A stretch of 64,000 nucleotides of DNA from Candidatus Levyibacteriota bacterium (lineage in GTDB: Bacteria; Patescibacteriota; Microgenomatia; Levybacterales; UBA12049). The notes beneath the pieces are model-generated. The model worked only from the letters and a program-made list of their open reading frames with translations, did not search any database and was not told where the DNA came from. Every line of letters begins with the position of its first letter. Positions within the stretch are counted from its first letter, which is position 1. The position numbers and the translations under genes are program-made. The DNA is taken from positions 79,546-143,545 of the forward strand of contig JAJDCH010000002.1 in the NCBI GenBank assembly GCA_029260905.1, given 5' to 3'. This document shows, one piece after another, positions 58,142 to 64,000 of the stretch.

Positions 58142-58186
58142 GACTTCAGTATTATAACAAATGCTTGAGGCTAATCCAATACAAGG

Positions 58187-58552
58187 TTAAAATAAATCAA
58201 TAATATAAGGAAGAAAAACAAGAATCCCAACGCCAATTGCTCCTACAGCAGTAACTAATACCATTCCTGATGCAACATCTTTCGCAATCTTTGCGCTGAT
58301 ATGATGCTCACTTTTTATTAGATCAATTACTTTTTCAATTGCTGAATTGATCATTTCTGCACAAACTACAACAAGAATTGTCAGAAATAAAATCGCAACC
58401 TCAAATGCTGAAAGGCGGAAATAAATACTCATGAGGGAGACAATTATGGTTGCTATAAAATGAATGATTAAATTTTGGTCATGTTCAAGAACGTATTTGA
58501 TTCCTTCAAACGCGTATCCAAAAGACTTAAATAATTTTTTTGTTTTTATCAT
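58187..58552 (-). CDS. dgkA: diacylglycerol kinase / undecaprenol kinase family (DgkA)
   Basis: 121 aa, 3 TM helices, EMINSAIE motif. Confidence 0.7.
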   Translation of the reverse strand: MIKTKKLFKSFGYAFEGIKYVLEHDQNLIIHFIATIIVSLMSIYFRLSAFEVAILFLTILVVVCAEMINSAIEKVIDLIKSEHHISAKIAKDVASGMVLVTAVGAIGVGILVFLPYIIDLF

Positions 58553-58558
58553 ATGTAA

Positions 58559-59140
58559 TTAAGATGCAGCAAGCTTAATAATATAATACATAAATAAAGA
58601 CAAAAATACTCCCACAAATCCTCCGACAATTGTTTCTGGAAGAGTGTGTCTTTTTGTTTTGATTCTAGACCAGGCAACAAGCGGGATAATTAGAAAAATA
58701 AAATAGTAGTATCCTCGATAAACCACGGCAATTGCACTGGCAAGAGCTGAAAGGGTTGCGACATGAAGACTTGCTTTGATCTTCAAGTTAATAAGGCTTA
58801 CTAAAAAAACTCCAAACAATATTCCGACTGCATTTACAAGAAGGATCCATGGTCCTTTAAAAATAAGAAGACCTAGGGTGTATAATATTCCTGCGATTGT
58901 AAAAAATAAAAAAAGCAGAGGTCTTTGTTCTCTTTTTGAAACATCAAAATCAGTAAATATTTTTTTGTAAACACCATATGTTACAAATAGCCCAACTGCT
59001 CCAAGAAAGACAAGGGTATAGATAGTCCAGTTTATTGAAAGACTTAGATTGCTTGATGTTTTGTAGTCAAGAAAAAAAGGCAAAAATGTAATGATAAAAA
59101 CTGGATTAAATAGAAGAGAGATGATTCGAGCAATAAGCAT
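58559..59140 (-). CDS. PAP2-like membrane phosphatase (putative)
   Basis: 193 aa, 5-6 TM helices. SRIKTKRHTLPE resembles PAP2 motif 3 (SR.....H...D/E). Confidence 0.4.
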   Translation of the reverse strand: MLIARIISLLFNPVFIITFLPFFLDYKTSSNLSLSINWTIYTLVFLGAVGLFVTYGVYKKIFTDFDVSKREQRPLLFLFFTIAGILYTLGLLIFKGPWILLVNAVGILFGVFLVSLINLKIKASLHVATLSALASAIAVVYRGYYYFIFLIIPLVAWSRIKTKRHTLPETIVGGFVGVFLSLFMYYIIKLAAS

Positions 59141-59142
59141 AA

Positions 59143-60423
59143 TTATTTTATCTGATTTAAAATCGAAAGTGCTTTCTCTTTTCCAAGAATTTCCAAAGTC
59201 TCTGGAAGTGGAAGGCCTCTCTCTTTTCCTGTAAATATTTTATAAAGGATATTCATACGGATTTTATTTTGGTTCATTACTTCTTTTAGTATCTCAAATA
59301 TTTTATTATTATTCCAGTCATTAACTTTTTCAAGTTTTGAAAAAAGAGTAATTGTAATCCGTTTTTCAGTAGGTGATAGATTAGATTTTTCGTTAGTACC
59401 AAAAAATATTTCAGTCTGTTCTTTAAATTCTTTCAAAGTTTTAATTCTTGATTTTACAAGAGGAATTAGTTTTTCAGTTGTTTCATTAGGAAGTTTGGAT
59501 AAATCTGGATAAAAATCCACCAATAGTTTTTTTAACTGGTTATTTGACTTTGATTGGATATATTGCTGATTCATCCAATCAAGTTTAACAGGGTCAAAAA
59601 TAGGACTTGTGCTATTTATATCTTTGAGATCAAATATTTTTATCATTTCAGAAACGCTGTAAATTTCTTGATCTCCACCTGGATTCCAGCCAAGAAGAGC
59701 CATATAATTAATAAGCGCGTCTTTTAGATATCCATCATCACGATAATCTAGAGCAGATTTTGCACCATGTCTTTTGGAAAGTTTTTGTTTGTCAGGTCCC
59801 AAGATTACTGGTAGATGAGCAAAAACAGGAATATTCCAGCCAAAAGCTTTGTAAAGCTGAATGTGCTTGGGAGTAGATGATATGAATTCTTCGCCTCTTA
59901 GGACGTGTGTTATTTCCATTAGATGATCATCAATAACATTTGCAAAATTATATGTGGGAAAACCATCAGATTTTATAATTACAAAATCTTCTTGAGTTTT
60001 ATTTTCAAAAGTTATATTTTTATTTCCGATTGCGTCAATCCATTTAGTTGATCCTGTCTTGGGCATCTTGAACCTTATGGCACCATTGTCTTCATAGGAA
60101 AGATTTTTTTCCTTTAGTTCCTTTGCATACTTTTTGTATATTTCTATTCTTTCTGATTGTCTTTGAATATTCTTACCATGTGTGATTTCAAGCCAATTAA
60201 GAATTTCAAGAATTGCTTTTTCAGCATCAGGTACAAATCTTACCCTGTCTGTGTCTTCAATTCTGAGAATGAACTCGCCATCATTATGTTTGGCGAAAAG
60301 ATAATTAAAAAGCGCGGTTCTGGTGTTCCCGATATGCGGTATTCCTGTCGGGCTTGGTGGAATGCGGGTTCTTATATTCATATGCTTATAGCTTATAATA
60401 GTTTTTTTGCGATTTGTTAACAT
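59143..60423 (-). CDS. gltX: glutamyl-tRNA synthetase
   Basis: HIGNTRTALFNYLFAKHNDGEFILRIEDTD (HIGH region) and KLSKRHGA (KMSKS). The start may be the internal Met (MNIRTRIPPSPTG). Confidence 0.85.
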   Translation of the reverse strand: MLTNRKKTIISYKHMNIRTRIPPSPTGIPHIGNTRTALFNYLFAKHNDGEFILRIEDTDRVRFVPDAEKAILEILNWLEITHGKNIQRQSERIEIYKKYAKELKEKNLSYEDNGAIRFKMPKTGSTKWIDAIGNKNITFENKTQEDFVIIKSDGFPTYNFANVIDDHLMEITHVLRGEEFISSTPKHIQLYKAFGWNIPVFAHLPVILGPDKQKLSKRHGAKSALDYRDDGYLKDALINYMALLGWNPGGDQEIYSVSEMIKIFDLKDINSTSPIFDPVKLDWMNQQYIQSKSNNQLKKLLVDFYPDLSKLPNETTEKLIPLVKSRIKTLKEFKEQTEIFFGTNEKSNLSPTEKRITITLFSKLEKVNDWNNNKIFEILKEVMNQNKIRMNILYKIFTGKERGLPLPETLEILGKEKALSILNQIK

Positions 60424-60461
60424 TCATCGGTCACAAGGCCTTCTTGCATTATACGTAAATT

Positions 60462-61628
60462 TTGCCATATACTCAATATATGACCCTACATCAGACAACA
60501 GAGATATTTAAGAAATGGGGAATTTATATAGCTGCAGTAATTGCTGGAATAGTTCTTGTTATTGGACTTTTTAGGTTTGGTTTTTTTGTCAAAAATATAA
60601 TTGCGCCATCAAAGGCTGATCCTCCAACAGTTACTTATGATAAGCTACCTCCAATTCCTTTTCCAGAAGATGCGACTCAGCTTAATTTGACTTACCAAGA
60701 GAATACAGTTGAAGGCTCCCTCCCGACAAATTTTCCTGATAGGATGGTTGTTTATCCAATTATACAAGAGATGGGAGGTCTTTTAAGTCTTGATAGTGCC
60801 CGAGAAAAGGTGGCTGCGATAGGGTATAGAAGTTCAATTAATCAAGACGCACCAGAGAAAAAACTAGAAGATGAAAAATATGAATGGGTGAATGAGAGAG
60901 GGATGGGAGAAAAGATAACTTTTAATATTGTCACATTTGATTTTAGTGTAACTTCTTCCTATCTTACCAACCTGACTGTAAGGGGAGCAAGAAGTCTATC
61001 AGATCAAACAAATGCCATAGGAATTGCTAGGGATTTTGTAAGCGATTTGGGATTGTTATCAGAGGACATTGATCTTTCCAAGACTCAAAATCCTGCACCA
61101 TCGGTGAGGTATTTCACATACCCAAGGCTTTTTACAATTTCTGGAGCTGGACTTGTTCCAACCACTAGCTTGTCTACGGCACAGATAATAAGAGTTGATT
61201 TTTATCAAAAAGATATTGAGCACGAGATGAATACTGGAGATAAGAATTCGCCAACCCTCAAGCAGTCTCTACCTATTCTTTATCCCAATCCACCATACTC
61301 AACAATGAATTTTTTGATTGGTTCATCTGGAAACGGAGCTGATGTGTTGTCAGCAAATTTTACTTACAAAATGATTGATTTTAGCGCGCAAGAACAAGCA
61401 ACCTATCCAATCAAAACAGCGAAAGAGGCATATGAAGAGCTACAATCTGGTGGAGGCTATATTGCCTCATATACCGGTGTCCAAGAAGAGGTTTTGATTG
61501 ATAAAGTTTATTTGGGATATTATCTCGGAGAAGAAGATCAGGAATATTTGATGCCAATAATCGTTTTTGAAGGTAGTGACAATTTTTTTGGATATGTTTC
61601 TGCTGTTAGAGATGATCAGATTCAATAA
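60462..61628 (+). CDS. hypothetical membrane-anchored extracytoplasmic protein
   Basis: 388 aa, single N-terminal TM helix. No recognisable motifs. Confidence 0.4.
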   Translation: MPYTQYMTLHQTTEIFKKWGIYIAAVIAGIVLVIGLFRFGFFVKNIIAPSKADPPTVTYDKLPPIPFPEDATQLNLTYQENTVEGSLPTNFPDRMVVYPIIQEMGGLLSLDSAREKVAAIGYRSSINQDAPEKKLEDEKYEWVNERGMGEKITFNIVTFDFSVTSSYLTNLTVRGARSLSDQTNAIGIARDFVSDLGLLSEDIDLSKTQNPAPSVRYFTYPRLFTISGAGLVPTTSLSTAQIIRVDFYQKDIEHEMNTGDKNSPTLKQSLPILYPNPPYSTMNFLIGSSGNGADVLSANFTYKMIDFSAQEQATYPIKTAKEAYEELQSGGGYIASYTGVQEEVLIDKVYLGYYLGEEDQEYLMPIIVFEGSDNFFGYVSAVRDDQIQ

Positions 61629-62853
61629 GAGTAACATTTTCATTTATAAAATTAAGGAGAATTCTTGTATCTTTGAACCTCTCTATACTATTCATCACAA
61701 TTATTATATAAACTCTTTCATTGATTTCTACTGATGTTATAAGCACTTCTCCTGCTCCTTCGGTTGTTCCTGTCTTCATTCCAGTTACACCATCAATTCC
61801 AAGAAGTTGATTTAGGTTTTTAAATTCGTAGGTTTTTCCCAATCCTAAACTGGTTATTGTTTTTTCTTTGGTTGATGTGTATTTAGTGAATTCTGGTATT
61901 TGCGCAGCATAAGATGCAAGTCTAGAAAGATCAGTTACTGTTGTAAAGTTACCATCATCATCAAGTCCAGTTGGGTCTGCAAAACGAGTTCCTGTCATGT
62001 GTAGCTGAGTTGCTTTTTGATTCATTTTTTTAATAAATTCTTCTCTACCGCCTATGAAATTGTCTGCAATCATTACTGCTGCATCATTAGCTGATGGAAG
62101 AAGGAGGGCATACATCACATCATCAAAATAAAAGCTATCATTAAGTATAAGCCCCAAAACTGATCCTTCAATTCCAGCTGATTTTACTGAAAGAATTCTA
62201 TTGGACGCAAAATTCTCAAGTCCTATAAGTCCTGTCATTATTTTTACCGTTGAAGCCATTGAGAATCTGAGATCTGCATTTTTGGAAAAAAGAATTTTTT
62301 GTGTTTTTGCATCAACTATGATTGCGGTTTTGGCTGATACAAGAGGCAGCATGTCGGTTTTCACGAAAGGAAATGAATCTGTTTTATTTTGTTCGACTGC
62401 AGACTGGTTTTTATCAGGAGCCGTTTTTTTGGTTAATGAATTATTTGCATGATAGATTCCAAAAAGAATTAAATAAAGTATTAGAATTATGATTATTGCT
62501 TGAAAATCTTTTTCATAGTGCTTAAAGTCAAATGGTTTAGATGGTTGAAAAATAACTTTTTCTTTTTGTTTTTTTTCAAATTGTTTTTTTCTCTCAAGAA
62601 GTTCTTTTTGGCTTGGTCTTCCAGGTTTCTTTTTTTTAGATTTATTACCTTTTAGATAAATCTCATTTTTATTTTTGGAAAAAAGAAAAGAAAAAAATGA
62701 AGGCCTGCCTTCTGTAGCTTGTGGTTTTATTTTTTTGGATTTTTTTGTATCCTTATTATTTTTCCTGAATAGTCTTTTCTTCTGTTTTTGAGAATCTTTC
62801 ATCAATACGTTCCATGTCGCGTGGGAAGAGTGATGCCTCCCTGACATTTGCAA
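61606..62853 (-). CDS. D-alanyl-D-alanine carboxypeptidase (PBP5/6-like) with basic N-terminal extension
   Basis: SxxK (SMASTVK), SxN (PSANDAA), KTG (KTGTTEGAG). A Lys-rich ~110-aa N-tail plus TM helix. The annotated start overlaps the next gene, so the true start is uncertain. Confidence 0.7.
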   Translation of the reverse strand: MQMSGRHHSSHATWNVLMKDSQKQKKRLFRKNNKDTKKSKKIKPQATEGRPSFFSFLFSKNKNEIYLKGNKSKKKKPGRPSQKELLERKKQFEKKQKEKVIFQPSKPFDFKHYEKDFQAIIIILILYLILFGIYHANNSLTKKTAPDKNQSAVEQNKTDSFPFVKTDMLPLVSAKTAIIVDAKTQKILFSKNADLRFSMASTVKIMTGLIGLENFASNRILSVKSAGIEGSVLGLILNDSFYFDDVMYALLLPSANDAAVMIADNFIGGREEFIKKMNQKATQLHMTGTRFADPTGLDDDGNFTTVTDLSRLASYAAQIPEFTKYTSTKEKTITSLGLGKTYEFKNLNQLLGIDGVTGMKTGTTEGAGEVLITSVEINERVYIIIVMNSIERFKDTRILLNFINENVTLIESDHL

Positions 62854-64000
62854 GCTCTAATAATTTCATTGTAAGCCTTTCCAGCCCAAATGAAAACCCT
62901 CCCTCAGGCGGCATGCCGTATTTAAAAGCTTGCATATAAAGACCAAAGTTGTCTGGATTTACATCCTTTCTTTTCATCGCAAGTTCCAAATCTTCATAAT
63001 TGTTGATGCGCTGTGCGCCACTCATCATTTCAAGCCCTTTAAATAACAGATCATAACTAAGGCTGTATTCTGGATTTTCTGGATCTGGCATAGTGTAAAA
63101 AGCGCGTTTTTTGGTTGGAAAATGAGTGATAGTAATAAAATCTGATTTGTGCTCGATCTTTGCCCACTCACTTATCTCGCGTTCGTCTTCGGGGTTTAGA
63201 TCCATTTCTTTTGAAAGATCGCGATTTGTTCTTTTGCTAATTATTTCTTGTGCCTCTCTCAGGGTAAGACGGGGAATTTTTATCGGAATAAGAGGCTTGT
63301 CGACTCCAAATTCTTTTAAGACCTCAGGATATTTTTCAGACACATTTTTTATCATCTGAGTGCCCACAAATTCAAGTGCGTCCAAAAGCTCATCAAAACC
63401 TTTAATAAATGCAATTTCAACATCCAATTGTGTTGACTCTGTCAAATGTCTAGTTGTGACAGATGGTTCTGCGCGATATGCCTTGGCAATCAGAAAAACT
63501 CGCTCAAATACACTTACCATTATTTGTTTATAAAGCTGTGGGCTTTGGGTCAGAAATGCATTGTGTCCAAAATAATCAATTGAAAAGACTTCAGCCCCTC
63601 CTTCTGTTGCGCCGGCAGCGATTGTTGGTACAACAACTTCGATGCAGTCTAATTCTTTAGATGCGTTGCGGAATTCTTCAATGAGGGCTGCTTGGATCTC
63701 AAATATTTTTTTTACCTTTTCATGTCTGAGTGTAAGTGAGCGGTGGTCTAGAAGTGTAGGAAGTTCAAGGTTTAATTCCTCTCCTCCCATATCAAATGGA
63801 AGTGATTCGGCTTTTGAAAGTATCTCTACTTCTTTAGCCTCTATCTCAACTGTGCCGCTTGCGATTTTTTCATTAACCAATTTTTCTGGTCTATTTTTGA
63901 CAAGTCCTTTTATAGAGACAACATATTCTGGTCTAATATCTGAAGCTGTTTTATGCGCTGACTCAGATGCTTGTGGGTTAAAAATGATCTGTGTGATACC
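62756..64000 (-). CDS. aspS: aspartyl/asparaginyl-tRNA synthetase (class IIb), partial; N-terminus beyond window end
   Basis: Motif 2 region FRNASKELD...QSPQLYKQ, AYRAEPS, motif 3 GGFSFGLERL. The frame stays open upstream to the window edge (OB-fold segment ...VVSIKGLVKNRPEK). Confidence 0.75.
   Translation of the reverse strand, partial: GITQIIFNPQASESAHKTASDIRPEYVVSIKGLVKNRPEKLVNEKIASGTVEIEAKEVEILSKAESLPFDMGGEELNLELPTLLDHRSLTLRHEKVKKIFEIQAALIEEFRNASKELDCIEVVVPTIAAGATEGGAEVFSIDYFGHNAFLTQSPQLYKQIMVSVFERVFLIAKAYRAEPSVTTRHLTESTQLDVEIAFIKGFDELLDALEFVGTQMIKNVSEKYPEVLKEFGVDKPLIPIKIPRLTLREAQEIISKRTNRDLSKEMDLNPEDEREISEWAKIEHKSDFITITHFPTKKRAFYTMPDPENPEYSLSYDLLFKGLEMMSGAQRINNYEDLELAMKRKDVNPDNFGLYMQAFKYGMPPEGGFSFGLERLTMKLLELANVREASLFPRDMERIDERFSKTEEKTIQEK

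Overview
The window is AT-rich (roughly 35% GC), gene-dense, and uses the standard genetic code (UGA is a stop codon and RF2 is present). Its content is mostly housekeeping genes with a streamlined, CPR-like character. That character comes from short proteins, overlapping genes, several archaeal-type enzymes (archaeal myo-inositol-1-phosphate synthase (MIPS), PurP, CofE-like, class IIb AspRS) and a truncated TsaB. This lineage assignment is an inference.

From left to right the window holds:
- a partial LysR regulator diverging from a phosphatidylinositol-type lipid module, made of archaeal MIPS, a CDP-alcohol phosphatidyltransferase, a PHP phosphoesterase, a DAGK-like lipid kinase and a CdsA/CarS-like CTP transferase;
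- a CorA homologue;
- a 16-kb, 12-gene purine operon entirely on the minus strand, made of a PurF-PurN fusion, purD, a PurS-fused purL, purQ, a PurP-like gene, purH, a second PurP-like gene, purB, purK, purE, purC and a purM-like gene; it is driven by a near-consensus promoter and a leader terminator/attenuator;
- prfB, a GNAT gene and a CofE-like gamma-glutamyl ligase beside a small membrane protein;
- ftsEX with an EnvC-like M23 protein;
- the t6A genes tsaE and tsaC, a RimI-like GNAT and a short tsaB;
- a 0.5-kb GC-elevated ORF-poor region;
- an 11-kb nucleotide-sugar/glycosylation cluster: RmlA-like, RmlB, RmlD-like, two Nudix genes, Ugd, Rmd-like, Gmd, UXS, a GT2 gene with a GtrA-like domain, and a GT-C transferase;
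- a small zinc-ribbon gene missing from the ORF track;
- a 749-aa Cys/Gly-rich surface protein with dockerin-like Ca-binding repeats;
- secDF and yqeY;
- a 0.5-kb non-coding region with a perfect 28-bp palindrome;
- cca, recJ (with a 7-nt tandem repeat in its 5' coding end), greA, a Kef-type antiporter and truB;
- tRNA-Gln(CUG), whose 3' end is duplicated 357 bp away around a GIY-YIG gene remnant;
- dgkA, a PAP2-like gene, gltX, a D-Ala-D-Ala carboxypeptidase and a partial AspRS/AsnRS.

No CRISPR array, rRNA gene or intact mobile element was seen.
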